A stretch of 64,000 bases of DNA, from the NCBI GenBank assembly GCA_977020255.1, contig CDROCS010001028.1:1-64000 (forward strand), read 5' to 3'. The DNA is from Obrimoposthia wandeli (Eukaryota). Positions 50,079 to 60,933 of this stretch are shown in pieces. Position numbers and translations under genes: made by a program. The notes beneath the pieces are model-generated. The model ran no database searches and was not told the origin of the DNA. It saw only the letters and a list, made by a program, of their open reading frames with translations. How positions within the stretch are numbered: the first letter of the stretch is position 1; every line of letters begins with the position of its first letter.

Positions 50079-52067
50079 ATGAATTATTTCATCACCGGCG
50101 CAACAGGATTCATCGGATCCCATTTATTGCAACGTCTGGCAAAACGTCCTGGAGTATTCTACGTATTGGCGCGTAGCGAATCTTCTGAGAAGAAACTTCA
50201 AGATTTAATTGAAAAGCATGCTTTTCCTCAAGATAAGTTCCGTACCGTAAGAGGCTCAATTACAGAATCAAATCTGGGGCTTTCTACAGAGAACATCAAA
50301 CACCTAACAGGTAAGATAACGCACTTTTTCCATCTTGCAGCAGTCTACGATTTAGAAGCAGATGAGAATGATTTAATGCGTGCCAATGTTGAAGGTACAG
50401 ACAACGCCCTTCGACTTGCTGAACGTATTCAAGCAGGCTGTTTCCATCATGTCAGTTCAATTGCCGTAGCAGGTCTATTCCGTGGCTGGTTTAGAGAAGA
50501 TATGCTAGAGCAAGCAACAGATCTAGAACACCCTTACTTCAAAACCAAACATGAAGCTGAAAAGCTGGTTCAAGAAACAGCAACCATCCCTTGGCGAGCA
50601 TACCGACCGGGTATCGTTATCGGTGATTCAAAAACCGGTGAAGCTGAACGTGTCGATGGTCCTTATTACTTCTTTAAGATTTTGCAAAAGCTACGTCGTT
50701 CATTACCAGAATGGATGCCACTGCTGGGCCTTGAAGGTGGGCGTTTAAATTTAGTGCCTGTCGATTATGTTGTTGATAGCATCGATCACATTTCACACAA
50801 AGATGAATTAGACGGACAAGCTTTCCATATTGTCGATCCCGACCCTTACCGCGCAGGAGAGGTTATCAATATCTTTGCTGAAGCCGGTCACGCGCCACGT
50901 ATGGCAATGCGTTTAGATATGCGTTTATTCCGCATGATACCGACACATTTATGGAAAGAGTTAAGCCAATTACCAGTACTTCGCCGTTTCATGGATGCGT
51001 TAAGCCAAGAGATGCAAGTACCGAAAGAAGCGTTATGTTTGTTTAATTACCCGACCCAATTCGATTGCCACAACACATTAAAAGCCTTAGAAGACAGCAC
51101 AATCAATTGCCCTCGCCTAACCGATTATGCGCCAAAGATTTGGGATTATTGGGAACGTAACCTTGATCCATCACTTCATGTCGATCGTACATTAAAAGGC
51201 TGTGTTGAAAACAAAGTAATTGTACTAACCGGTGCCTCTTCAGGTATTGGTTACACCACTGCACTGAAACTGGCCGACACCAACGCCACGTTAGTCTTGA
51301 TTGCCCGTGATTTAGAACGCCTACAGCAAACTCGAAATGATGTTGAAAGCCGAGGTGGACGCGCATTCATTTACCAAGCCGATCTCAGTAAAGAAGAAGA
51401 AAGTAACAAGGTGATGGATGAAATTAAACGCCATCACGGCAACATTGATGTTTTGATCAACAACGCAGGCCGTTCAATTCGCCGCTCTGTTATGCACTCA
51501 ACAGACCGCTTACACGATTATGAACGCACCATGCAAATTAACTACTTTGGCGCGCTACGTTTAATTCTAGGTAGCCTACCTGGCATGGTAGAGCAGCAAT
51601 CAGGGCATATCATCAACTTGTCTTCCGTTGCTGTATTAACTAACCAACCTCGCTTTTCTGCTTATGCCGCCTCTAAATCAGCGTTAGATTCATTTACACG
51701 TACAGCAAGTGCTGAATTATGTGGACAAGGGGTTAACTTCACGACCATCAATATGCCGTTAGTAGAAACCCCAATGATCGCCGATCATTACCGTAAAGCA
51801 AAAGGTGGCATTCCACTGCTATCGTCAGATGAAGCCGCCGATTTAATCATCAAAGCAATTATTGAAAAGCCGAAACGTATTGCAAACCGCATCGGTCTTT
51901 TTGCCGCGTTAGTTCACGGCGTTTATCCTAAATTAGGTGAACTGGTAATGAATACTGGTTTTAACATGGAACCCGAAACGGATGGAAAAAAACACGGCAG
52001 CGATCCTAAACAAGATAGTGCTGACGTAATGGCGTTATCCAATCTCATCCGCGAAATACATATGTAA
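50079..52067 (+). CDS. Two-domain SDR fatty acyl-CoA reductase (Marinobacter acrB/Maqu_2507-like architecture)
   Basis: N-domain TGATGFIG, YFKTK, YRPGIV; C-domain TGASSGIG, NNAGRSIRR, YAASK. Confidence 0.85.
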   Translation: MNYFITGATGFIGSHLLQRLAKRPGVFYVLARSESSEKKLQDLIEKHAFPQDKFRTVRGSITESNLGLSTENIKHLTGKITHFFHLAAVYDLEADENDLMRANVEGTDNALRLAERIQAGCFHHVSSIAVAGLFRGWFREDMLEQATDLEHPYFKTKHEAEKLVQETATIPWRAYRPGIVIGDSKTGEAERVDGPYYFFKILQKLRRSLPEWMPLLGLEGGRLNLVPVDYVVDSIDHISHKDELDGQAFHIVDPDPYRAGEVINIFAEAGHAPRMAMRLDMRLFRMIPTHLWKELSQLPVLRRFMDALSQEMQVPKEALCLFNYPTQFDCHNTLKALEDSTINCPRLTDYAPKIWDYWERNLDPSLHVDRTLKGCVENKVIVLTGASSGIGYTTALKLADTNATLVLIARDLERLQQTRNDVESRGGRAFIYQADLSKEEESNKVMDEIKRHHGNIDVLINNAGRSIRRSVMHSTDRLHDYERTMQINYFGALRLILGSLPGMVEQQSGHIINLSSVAVLTNQPRFSAYAASKSALDSFTRTASAELCGQGVNFTTINMPLVETPMIADHYRKAKGGIPLLSSDEAADLIIKAIIEKPKRIANRIGLFAALVHGVYPKLGELVMNTGFNMEPETDGKKHGSDPKQDSADVMALSNLIREIHM

Positions 52068-52076
52068 GGACACATT

Positions 52077-52595
52077 ATGCAAGTCTCAGCGATTCATGAT
52101 TACCAAGAAGATCTCGATACTATTTTACGTTTCTTCAGCGAAGAAGAACTGATTATCGAAAAGTATCAAAAACTCGGTGCGCGCAATATACGTATCATCA
52201 AAATTGAAGAAACAGAAGATGGCTTCCTTGTGGAAACACAACGAGAAGTACCAGCGAATGTGCCAGGAATGCTAAAAAGCCTGCTAGGTAGTTACAACAC
52301 AATAAAGCAATCTGAAACTTGGCACTGGTTAGAAGGTGATCAACTAAAGTGTGAGATGCAAGTTGAGCTTATCGGTGTGCCTGCGGCGATTACCGGTCAA
52401 ATGCTATTTAGTGAGCCAGCAGCAAAGCTAAAGAGTGGGCCTACAACGCGTAATAATGTGGAGATGACCATTAGTTCATCTGTGCCATTCATTGGTAGCA
52501 CATTGGTCTCGTTCATTTGTGACGATATAAAGCAGCAAATGCAAACGGAATATGCGTTTTTACTTGAAGCGCTTCCTGCGTTATTAACTGAGTAA
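52077..52595 (+). CDS. DUF2505-like (START/SRPBCC-type) protein
   Basis: KYQKLGARN, beta-rich ETW...GVP...G pattern; co-transcribed with the reductase. Confidence 0.65.
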   Translation: MQVSAIHDYQEDLDTILRFFSEEELIIEKYQKLGARNIRIIKIEETEDGFLVETQREVPANVPGMLKSLLGSYNTIKQSETWHWLEGDQLKCEMQVELIGVPAAITGQMLFSEPAAKLKSGPTTRNNVEMTISSSVPFIGSTLVSFICDDIKQQMQTEYAFLLEALPALLTE

Positions 52596-52647
52596 TACGC
52601 AGGCTTACAACACGACTATACAAATAGCGTTGTGTTTATAACCCTAT

Positions 52648-52679
52648 CGTTGTTGCCAATACACCCTTTGGTAACAACG
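52648..52679. promoter_or_regulatory. 12-bp inverted repeat upstream of the TetR gene (candidate operator or hairpin)
   Basis: cgttgttgccaa-8 nt-ttggtaacaacg. Confidence 0.45.
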
Positions 52680-52720
52680 AAATTCTAACAACAATAAAAA
52701 ACGTCAGACAAGGAAGAAAA

Positions 52721-53353
52721 ATGAAGACTCGAGATCGGATTCTATCAGTCAGTCTTGACCTTTTTAATCGTAATGGTATCTCGCAAGTAAGTACCTTGAT
52801 TATTGCTACTGAAATGGGGATTAGCCCTGGTAACTTGTATTACCATTTTCGCGGTAAAGACGAAATCATTACGACCTTGATCAGTGAGTTGCAAAATTCT
52901 GTTTCAAGAATCAGTATGGAGTATCCCAAACAAGTTCAAGATTTTGATGATTACTGGCCGTTCATGCATACCGTGATGGCACTGTTTACCCATTATCGAT
53001 TCATGTTTAGAAACTTAGATAACTTGAACGGGCAAAACCCACAGATAAAACGTAAAATTCGCACGTTAATTTTAAAATTACGGCAACTCAGTAGCGATAT
53101 GCTTGCGCATTTAGTTAGCTTAGGAAAGCTGCAATGCGATAATAACAGCCTACCGCTATTATCAGACAATTTACTATTAGTCAGCTTGAATTGGTTAAAC
53201 TACCAAACACTATTAGATGATAAATACAGTGAAACGGAACTCATTCGTGCCGGCGTGTTACGTTTAATTTCAATGGTAGAACCATACCTAACTGAATCTG
53301 CAAAATCACCTTTCTATACGCATCAAGATTTATTAGACGAACTGGTTAACTAA
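52721..53353 (+). CDS. TetR-family regulator, PhaD-like
   Basis: MKTRDRIL...EMGISPGNLYYHF.GK...DYW.F.H...YRF.F matches the recalled Pseudomonas PhaD pattern. Confidence 0.8.
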   Translation: MKTRDRILSVSLDLFNRNGISQVSTLIIATEMGISPGNLYYHFRGKDEIITTLISELQNSVSRISMEYPKQVQDFDDYWPFMHTVMALFTHYRFMFRNLDNLNGQNPQIKRKIRTLILKLRQLSSDMLAHLVSLGKLQCDNNSLPLLSDNLLLVSLNWLNYQTLLDDKYSETELIRAGVLRLISMVEPYLTESAKSPFYTHQDLLDELVN

Positions 53354-53861
53354 TTTCTTCAGCGCCGTAACGATACGAACCATGTTACGGCGTAACCGAT
53401 TTTTATTTATCCGCCTTTATATCATCATCATTACTTCGTTAATATTTTGACTTAATAAACGCCTTCTTTTTGACGAAGCAACCTTGATATAAATAAATCT
53501 AACAAAACAATGAGACACCCATTTCATATTAAATCATTCGAAATATGACCGAGTTATCATAAACAATGATAAATGTATAATTTATATGGTTAAAATTAAT
53601 AAATATAATGACTTTGTAGAAGAATAATTATTAAATATCTACCCTAAGTATATAAAGATATTCAAAGTAGTCGTCTGGTACAGTTCTTACACGTAATGGA
53701 TAACCGTGTACGAACCTTTTCAACTCGAGACAATCGATAGTTATATGATAAACCGGAATATAAAAGGCACTGAATTCACTACTTATCGAAAATTACAGAC
53801 TAAACATTACTAACTTAAAGAAAATTAATACTATTCTCATATTTCTAAGGTTCGTTATATT

Positions 53862-54827
53862 ATGTTAAAAAAAGCCATTATTCTTATATCAGTGGGTGTT
53901 TCGTTTTGTACTCAAGCGACCCCATTGCTAACAAAAACCGAGCAAGAACAAGTCAGCTCTGTAAGAGAACAGTTTAATGATACTGCTGAATTACAAAAAT
54001 TAACGAAAGTTAATAGCAGTATATTTACGTTAACCAACCAGACTAGTCAGTTAAAAGCTTCGATTGTTAACGAAAGAAAAGCCTACCAAGAGTTCCAACA
54101 AAAACTAAGCAAAGAGATGCTCTCTGGCACAGAAGAAAATACAAATTACTACTTTGAGTCAATGAAAAAGACATCAAATAAGATTAAAACAAACAATGAT
54201 ACAATTCACAAAAATACGGCACTTGTCACTCAATACAACGCGGAACTTGAGAAGCTAAACCACTCTATTCGCCAATCAAAAAACACGTATAGCGATAAGC
54301 TTACCACCATCAAAAATAGCGTTGTTACCCGTATAAAAACAGAATTTTCAAAGCCTCTTCCTATTAAAATAGAAGGCAAGCTTCAATGCTCCCCTTATGA
54401 ATCTATTCGCGCCTGTTTTGAAAGCAAACAAACGACAAGTAAGCTTGTGAATGATGCTATTGAATCTCGCTTTGGTCAGATTGACATTACAAGCAGTACC
54501 AATCAATTTACGGTCAATTCAGCCAGTATGGACTTTGAAGGGAATGTTGATTACAACGTCAGCTTTAACTTGTTTGTTCAATATAATGAACAAATCAATG
54601 CTCAAATCATGAAAGAAGTCGGCATTAACTCATTTGATATCATGCTTGTAAGCAATAAAAATGCAATGTTCTACATTGATGGGTTACCAGTAGGAAACGG
54701 CAATAATGTCTCGGTAAAAGTATCAAAGGGTAAATACTCGATACTGGCTAAATTTGATGATAAACAAGAATCATCAATTCAAAGTATCACTAGCCCAGTT
54801 AGCTTAACGTATAACTTTTCAAGCTAA
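53862..54827 (+). CDS. Secreted coiled-coil protein with C-terminal PEGA-like domain
   Basis: Signal peptide, long coiled coil, FYIDGLPVG...VSKGKY. Confidence 0.6.
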   Translation: MLKKAIILISVGVSFCTQATPLLTKTEQEQVSSVREQFNDTAELQKLTKVNSSIFTLTNQTSQLKASIVNERKAYQEFQQKLSKEMLSGTEENTNYYFESMKKTSNKIKTNNDTIHKNTALVTQYNAELEKLNHSIRQSKNTYSDKLTTIKNSVVTRIKTEFSKPLPIKIEGKLQCSPYESIRACFESKQTTSKLVNDAIESRFGQIDITSSTNQFTVNSASMDFEGNVDYNVSFNLFVQYNEQINAQIMKEVGINSFDIMLVSNKNAMFYIDGLPVGNGNNVSVKVSKGKYSILAKFDDKQESSIQSITSPVSLTYNFSS

Positions 54828-54937
54828 GTTAACATGCCGTGAATATCATTCTTTGATTGAATAACAAAGACTGACGTCACTCGCAGCACCAGCCAGCTCA
54901 ATGAGCTGGCTTTTTAATAAACGATGCCTGTTAACGA

Positions 54938-55294
54938 TTACAACGCAGACAATACCCCTTTATTGGCACGTGTTAATTTACTCACAACCAAATTATAAGA
55001 TTTATCAGCTAAGTCTTGCAGCACACTTTCCGATAGCTCACCCGTTAAAGCAATTGTTATCCAATGCTGCTTGTTCATGTGATAGCCAGGTATGATAGAG
55101 GCAAACTCATGAACTAAAAAATCACCATCGGCAGGAAGGCACTTTAGCGTGATACTGGGTATGTCATTGTGGATGGCAGTTAATGCAAACATTTTTCCCA
55201 TCACTTTAAATACGTATGCTTCAGGGCCGAAAGGGTAACCACCTTGCACCCCTTTAAAACTAAGCAGGTATTTTTCCAATTGTTCCGTTTTCAT
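54938..55294 (-). CDS. MmcQ/YjbR family protein
   Basis: YPFG...FKVMGKMFA, PGYHMNKQHW. Confidence 0.92.
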   Translation of the reverse strand: MKTEQLEKYLLSFKGVQGGYPFGPEAYVFKVMGKMFALTAIHNDIPSITLKCLPADGDFLVHEFASIIPGYHMNKQHWITIALTGELSESVLQDLADKSYNLVVSKLTRANKGVLSAL

Positions 55295-55527
55295 ATGACC
55301 TCCTCACCAACACTCATCCGTTATATTTTCTCACCATAATCCACACACTGCATATTGATTCATCTAATTGCATTGTGTTTCATTAAAACCTACGTCTGAC
55401 CGCTTAATTATCCAGCATATTTCCATTTTTTTACATAAACTTGACTTGCACGTATTGGGTATTAAAAGGAACAATACACTCTTTCCTTTTTTATCTATTT
55501 CGACTATTTCATCCTCAAGGAGCGATT

Positions 55528-56424
55528 GTGGGCAGAGCATTATTTTTCATTTTTTCCCTGGTAAGCGTAAGTATCGCCACTTCTGCACATGCCACGGCTG
55601 CCAAATTAGATCCCAACAACATTCAAACAGCATCAGTCAGTGCTTACGTTACCGATTTGAAATCTGGCAAAACCTTATATAAAAAGAACCAGAACGTGAT
55701 AATGCCATTAGCTTCTATTACTAAGATTATGACAGCAATGGTTACACTCGATGCAAAACTACCTTTAAATGAAAAAATTACCTTCAAGCCGATTGATAAA
55801 AAACGGATGTATAACGGTTACACACGTATTCGCATGGAATCACGATTAAGCCGTGGCGAAACGATACATATTGCTCTTATGTCATCTGAAAACTTGGCTG
55901 CGACAGCACTGGCAGGCAACTACCCTGGTGGCTACGACGCCTTTATTAACGCCATGAATGCGAAAGCCAAAGCTTTAGGTATGACCAATACAACATTTGT
56001 GGATAGTTCAGGTCTCGATCCTAAAAACGTATCGACAGCTTCAGACATTAATAAGATGGCAAAAGCCGCGTATAAATACGCAAAAATCCGTGAATACAGT
56101 ACAACGCCCGTTCACACCGTTTACTTTACTAAACCAAAATACAAATTGGGTTACACCAATACGAATGTTTTGGCTCGTGGTAAAAAGTGGGATGTAGGAA
56201 TGACCAAGACAGGTTATTTAGACATTGCGGGTCACTGCTTAACGATGATCACCAAGATTGATGGTAAAGAAATTCTAATGGTTATGCTTGATGCGCAAGG
56301 CAAACTAACCCCTATTGGCGATGCTGGCCGTATTAAAAAGTGGCTACAAACCGGTAATAGCGGCAAAATCTCTGATTCTGCCAAAAACTACCAACAAGTA
56401 AAACTAACTGATTTGAAAGGCTAA
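55528..56424 (+). CDS. pbpG: D-alanyl-D-alanine endopeptidase (PBP7)
   Basis: ASITK, SEN, KTG; GTG start with RBS. Confidence 0.88.
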   Translation: MGRALFFIFSLVSVSIATSAHATAAKLDPNNIQTASVSAYVTDLKSGKTLYKKNQNVIMPLASITKIMTAMVTLDAKLPLNEKITFKPIDKKRMYNGYTRIRMESRLSRGETIHIALMSSENLAATALAGNYPGGYDAFINAMNAKAKALGMTNTTFVDSSGLDPKNVSTASDINKMAKAAYKYAKIREYSTTPVHTVYFTKPKYKLGYTNTNVLARGKKWDVGMTKTGYLDIAGHCLTMITKIDGKEILMVMLDAQGKLTPIGDAGRIKKWLQTGNSGKISDSAKNYQQVKLTDLKG

Positions 56425-56465
56425 TTCTGTTTTTTCATCGTTACAGAAACGTATTATAGTTACAA

Positions 56466-56511
56466 AAACGGGTCGTTAAATCGGTTTATAATCCGACTTA
56501 ACGACCCGTTT
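56466..56511. terminator. Long bidirectional hairpin between convergent genes
   Basis: aaacgggtcgttaa...ttaacgacccgttt. Confidence 0.7.
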
Positions 56512-56548
56512 GCTATTCAACATGATTTTTACTCACCAAACAAACGTA

Positions 56549-57298
56549 TTACCCACGTTTGTAATTCAAAACCTTCTCTATATCTAATGCATCTGAGTAT
56601 TGGCAAAAATCATGCTGCTCTTGATCGGCGCCATATACCGACATGCGGTCAGCAAGTTCATTGCCTTCAACACCAATGTGTGCTTTTACGTGTGACACCA
56701 CTACGCGATTTTTGATTGTGTCGTAAAGAGCATGAGCCTGCTGAATCAATTCAAGGTTTTTGATATCCCCTGCAACTTTTCGCTTCCAGCCTTTTGTTTT
56801 CCAGCTATATGCCCACACCGTTAAACAATTAATCGCGTACTGGGAATCTGCTAATACTTGAACGCGAAGACCTTTCTCAATTTCCTGCTTGGCAATGAGC
56901 AACGATTGATGCAGTGCATTTAGCTCTGCCGTGTTGTTTGTGCCCATTGGGTTATATAAACCATACCAAAGCTCAGCTAACGCACCATCGCGATACACAG
57001 CGACACCAGAGCCTGATTTACCCGGGTTAGGATCGCACGCGCCATCACAATAGATATTAACTTCGAAATTAGCCGTTTTAGGCGCAAGAGATTCAGACGG
57101 CTTAGACGCTGTCTTTTTAACTGAAGATCTTGGAGTGCTTACACGACCCGATGCAAATGCGGCTTCAGCTTCTTGCTCTGTAGGAAATGATTTATAGCGT
57201 GCTTGCGGAAATTTATCGACGAGCTTTTTCGTATATGGCCAACTAGTGAAAACACCTGTTTCTCGACCAGCCCAAACAACGTAAAATTTCTTCGCCAT
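56549..57298 (-). CDS. Ribonuclease HI with N-terminal hybrid-binding (viroplasmin-like) domain
   Basis: KKFYVVWAGR.TGVF..W, YCDGAC, TNNTAEL, DSQY, GNELAD. Confidence 0.92.
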   Translation of the reverse strand: MAKKFYVVWAGRETGVFTSWPYTKKLVDKFPQARYKSFPTEQEAEAAFASGRVSTPRSSVKKTASKPSESLAPKTANFEVNIYCDGACDPNPGKSGSGVAVYRDGALAELWYGLYNPMGTNNTAELNALHQSLLIAKQEIEKGLRVQVLADSQYAINCLTVWAYSWKTKGWKRKVAGDIKNLELIQQAHALYDTIKNRVVVSHVKAHIGVEGNELADRMSVYGADQEQHDFCQYSDALDIEKVLNYKRG

Positions 57299-57442
57299 AC
57301 TTTTTCCTATATTGTCTTATTGCCACACTTCTTAGGCGACAATTTATATAGATGTATAGTTACTTAATTCTACGTAATTCACAATGTTAACAAATGCTAT
57401 CTGGCTCTTTCTAGTCTCAACTGCTTAGGATTGACTCAAAAT

Positions 57443-57862
57443 CTACACACCTAGCAATGGTAAATGTTTAATTTGATGATAACGTAACGACAGTGAAATG
57501 CAGTGTGCTAACTCTCGGGTTGCAATGTCATCATCAACGGTAAAAACAATGCCTTTATCATCATCAAAACGGAAAGTATCGTCATAGAGTTCTTTGAATG
57601 TATCGATCAATTTGGTTTTACATTGAAAATACATTGCATATTGATTGGGCGTTTGTGATTTCCAATCAATACGGATAGGGCTACCACCATCGACAACAAA
57701 ACTGGGTTCGTTAGCATTTAATGTCTCTTGAACTTGCTCTGGCAAATCGATTTTCTTTGATACATCAATCACTAATTGACGAAGAGACAATAACTTGTCA
57801 CGAATACCTTCAGGGTAGGATTGATATTTTTCATCAACCATCAACACGTTTGCATTATTCAT
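57443..57862 (-). CDS. DUF1801-like protein
   Basis: LRQLVI, FQCKTKLIDTF, ALRYH-like SLRYH. Confidence 0.7.
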   Translation of the reverse strand: MNNANVLMVDEKYQSYPEGIRDKLLSLRQLVIDVSKKIDLPEQVQETLNANEPSFVVDGGSPIRIDWKSQTPNQYAMYFQCKTKLIDTFKELYDDTFRFDDDKGIVFTVDDDIATRELAHCISLSLRYHQIKHLPLLGV

Positions 57863-58213
57863 TTGATTACCTTTCTTAATTCTTTCGTGCCCTTTGGGCT
57901 AGCTATAGCATTAATCTACATCTAAATGACGCTAAAACTGCACAGACCAGAATACTTATCTTATAGTTATTTCGTGACAGTATGGTGTTGATCACATCTT
58001 TATCAGGGCAAGATCACGTATTTATTACTTTTTAATAAAGTAATAATAAACCAATACCTAGAGCAAATAACTGCTTGCCTTTTTTGAGCCACAAAAGTGA
58101 TGTTGTGATGCGTATCAATACGAAAGACAATCAATACCACGCGGATTAATGCCAAAGAGATAAGATTTTAGAAAGGTAGCCTTCGGTTAAAAAGGCGTTC
58201 AAAAAGAAAGGTG

Positions 58214-59149
58214 TTAGCTGGCTTTTTTGGTTAATGGCTTAGCTTCTTTATATTTTTCTGTAATAAATTCTGACATAAGCTTAATGGCTTCACGCGCTTC
58301 AGTTAGCTGATAAAACAATGGGTACACATGAGGTACGCCTTTAACGATATTGATCGTTACATCTCCCCCTGCTTCACTCATCTTATTCGCGGTACGTACC
58401 GCATCGTCCATTAGGACTTCTTCTGTACCAGCGGTGATAAAAGTCGGTGGCAATCCATGTAAATCGGCATAAAAAGGTGATACATCAGGATCACAGGGGT
58501 TCTGCAATCCGATGTAGTTATTTCTCATCAATAATAAGCTGCTTAAATCGAAAAAAGGATCATCTTTACTTTTTGTAAAAGCAGACTCCCCTGTTACAGC
58601 CATATCTGTAACCGGTGACATAAGCACGAGGGCCGCAGGCATCGGCAGCTTTGCTTCACGTAAGCGGATGGCCGTTGTTAGTGCCAGATTTCCACCAGCA
58701 GAATCGCCGCCGATTATAATTTGATGCGGTAAATACCCTTGTTGCAATAACGCATTATAGACCGCGTAACATTCATCAGCTGCTATCGGGTATGGGGCTT
58801 CGGGTGCCAAGCTGTAATTAACCATTAAACCACGTGATTTGGTTGCATTGGATAATCTGGCTAAGAAAGCATTATGGGTGTTGGGACTATGGAAACAAAA
58901 GCCACCACCATGAAAATACAAAATGATTTTATTACCACTGCTTTTAGGCATATCGACCCAATCACAGCTGATACCTGCAAATTTGGTGGGGGCAACTTCC
59001 ATTTTTTTCGGAATACTAATGAGTGCGCCGTAGCTATCAATATTCTTAATAAGTTCACGCATTTCTAATGTGGAATGACAACTAGCAAGGCGCTGGCGCA
59101 TAACGCGTGATAAAATTTTATTGAATGCTCTGGTACGCCAACTATACAT
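58214..59149 (-). CDS. HSL-family alpha/beta hydrolase (esterase/lipase)
   Basis: HGGG, GDSAGG, EVLMDD, HVY. Confidence 0.92.
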   Translation of the reverse strand: MYSWRTRAFNKILSRVMRQRLASCHSTLEMRELIKNIDSYGALISIPKKMEVAPTKFAGISCDWVDMPKSSGNKIILYFHGGGFCFHSPNTHNAFLARLSNATKSRGLMVNYSLAPEAPYPIAADECYAVYNALLQQGYLPHQIIIGGDSAGGNLALTTAIRLREAKLPMPAALVLMSPVTDMAVTGESAFTKSKDDPFFDLSSLLLMRNNYIGLQNPCDPDVSPFYADLHGLPPTFITAGTEEVLMDDAVRTANKMSEAGGDVTINIVKGVPHVYPLFYQLTEAREAIKLMSEFITEKYKEAKPLTKKAS

Positions 59150-59376
59150 AACTACCACCCTTATATTTTACATTCTTTATTTGTACTTTAGGTCATGAAT
59201 CTTATAAATAAAAGTTCACGATAACCTATCGGCTTAATGCACGGCAGTAAACGTTAAGTGACATACGTCGTAATAATATAGATTATTACTGTCCTTTTGC
59301 CCTGTCCTAATACATAGAATTGTCACAAACAGTTCGCCCTGTTTACGTAACACTTACGTTATAAAAAATCACAAAC

Positions 59377-59411
59377 AAAAAGAGGTGCACGTGCATGGCA
59401 CACGTGCAACC
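59377..59411 (-). terminator. Terminator downstream of the phasin genes
   Basis: ggtgcacgtg...cacgtgcaacc with T-run on the - strand. Confidence 0.55.
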
Positions 59412-59534
59412 TTAAAAAGCATATAACTAACGTTGTTAGAAAAATCTCTTATAACTCAGTCTGTATATGCTATCAGGGTTACATTATTGTCTGGCTTGGC
59501 TGGCTTATAGCCCGTAACCCTGTGTAAATTGCAC

Positions 59535-59894
59535 TTATTCTACTTCTACTAGCTTTTCTACTGCTGATGTTAGCTTGTCGATTTTGTCGTCCATACGATC
59601 TAGCTTTTCACGATCAACACCACTTAAGCGATAGAATAAATCATTCATACCCGCTTCAACTTCGTCAGTCGCTTTTTCTGCATTTTGACCAATGCATTCT
59701 TTCGCTTGAACTTCAACTTCTTTGCCGCGTTCAACGAGTTCATCAAACGCAGTATTCGTTTTATCATTAATTTGTTGAGCTTCTTCAAGTGTGCGGCTAT
59801 ATAGACCTAAACCTGCAAGCCAAATATTGCGTGCAACACCTTCGCCACTTTCTACGACATTTTTCGCCGCTTTTGCTACTGTTTTATCAATCAT
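59535..59894 (-). CDS. Phasin (PhaI/PhaF family)
   Basis: NIWLAGLGLY, FDELVERG, LDRMDDKIDKL. Confidence 0.88.
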   Translation of the reverse strand: MIDKTVAKAAKNVVESGEGVARNIWLAGLGLYSRTLEEAQQINDKTNTAFDELVERGKEVEVQAKECIGQNAEKATDEVEAGMNDLFYRLSGVDREKLDRMDDKIDKLTSAVEKLVEVE

Positions 59895-59997
59895 AATAAT
59901 CTCCTGCGTATAAACGCTGATCTGTATAAGATAATTTCGCTAAGTCTTCTTTTGAGCGCACCATTTCATGCATAAACTCATCGGTCTATAGCGTGTA

Positions 59998-60696
59998 TTA
60001 ATTCACTTCCGCTGACTTTGTAACAGCAGATTGATTGCCGACAGTCGTTACTGCTTCTGGTTGTTCATTCATTGACTCAGTTTTTGCCAGTTCAGTTTTT
60101 ACTACGGCAGACTTAGCGTCAGTTTTTGGTTTATCCGCAATAGAATTAGCAACAACAGCTTTAGCTATTACGGTTTCCTGCTTTACTTCAGAATTTGCCA
60201 CTACTGCTTTTTCTGAAAGTGTTTCTTTTTTTTCTTCAGCACTCACTGCTGATTTACGACGCGCTACGACTGCTTTTTTTCCACGTGTAGCGGGTGTTTT
60301 AGCTGCTTTCTTTACTGCAGGTTTACCGTCTTGTTGACGAACTAATAGTGCTTCAATATTGGCTGTTAGTTGGTCAATTTTGTCATCAACACGATCTAAA
60401 CGTTCATTATCAATACCGATGAAACCTTGCACCATTTGATGCATACGTTCTTCAATAGCGACTGATGTTTGGCTACGTGCTGTATGTACACGTTCTTTTG
60501 TATTCGATTCAACTGAACGACCACGCTCAATTAACTCATCAAAAAGGCTTTTGCCTTTGCCTGACAGTTGATTAACTTCATCGGCACTTTTCGCATAAGC
60601 ACCTAATCCTGCTAACCAAATGTTGTAGACCATGGCATCACGTACAAGCTTTTTCTCTTTGCTTGATTCATCTGCAGTCTGTTTAAAGATGCTCAT
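59998..60696 (-). CDS. Phasin with Ala/Lys-rich tail (PhaF-like)
   Basis: NIWLAGLGAYAK, FDELIERG, then KPAVKKAAKTPA low-complexity tail. Confidence 0.88.
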   Translation of the reverse strand: MSIFKQTADESSKEKKLVRDAMVYNIWLAGLGAYAKSADEVNQLSGKGKSLFDELIERGRSVESNTKERVHTARSQTSVAIEERMHQMVQGFIGIDNERLDRVDDKIDQLTANIEALLVRQQDGKPAVKKAAKTPATRGKKAVVARRKSAVSAEEKKETLSEKAVVANSEVKQETVIAKAVVANSIADKPKTDAKSAVVKTELAKTESMNEQPEAVTTVGNQSAVTKSAEVN

Positions 60697-60933
60697 TGTT
60701 GCGTCCTCCGGGATTACTGTTAATTCGACTGTCAGTCAGTGGGTATTGCCTGACTGCTTGTAACTAGAATAGGAATTTCAATTAGAATGTTCTTACTAAA
60801 ACAGCAATTTATCGTGGGCGAGATCAAAAATTTGAAGAATAAAGCAAATAGGATACAAAGAAATAACCGAACTATTTTAGTCAAATAACAGCTCGGCATT
60901 AAGAAGGAGGCAGAAGGTACAGCAGAAAGGCTG

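Noticed and set aside
56549-57298. Viral origin of the viroplasmin-domain RNase H
   Set aside because: This is a common bacterial RNase HI architecture with no viral context.
58105-58118. FNR/CRP-like site GTGAT-GCGT-ATCAA
   Set aside because: Plausible, but no promoter could be tied to it and the target gene is unclear.
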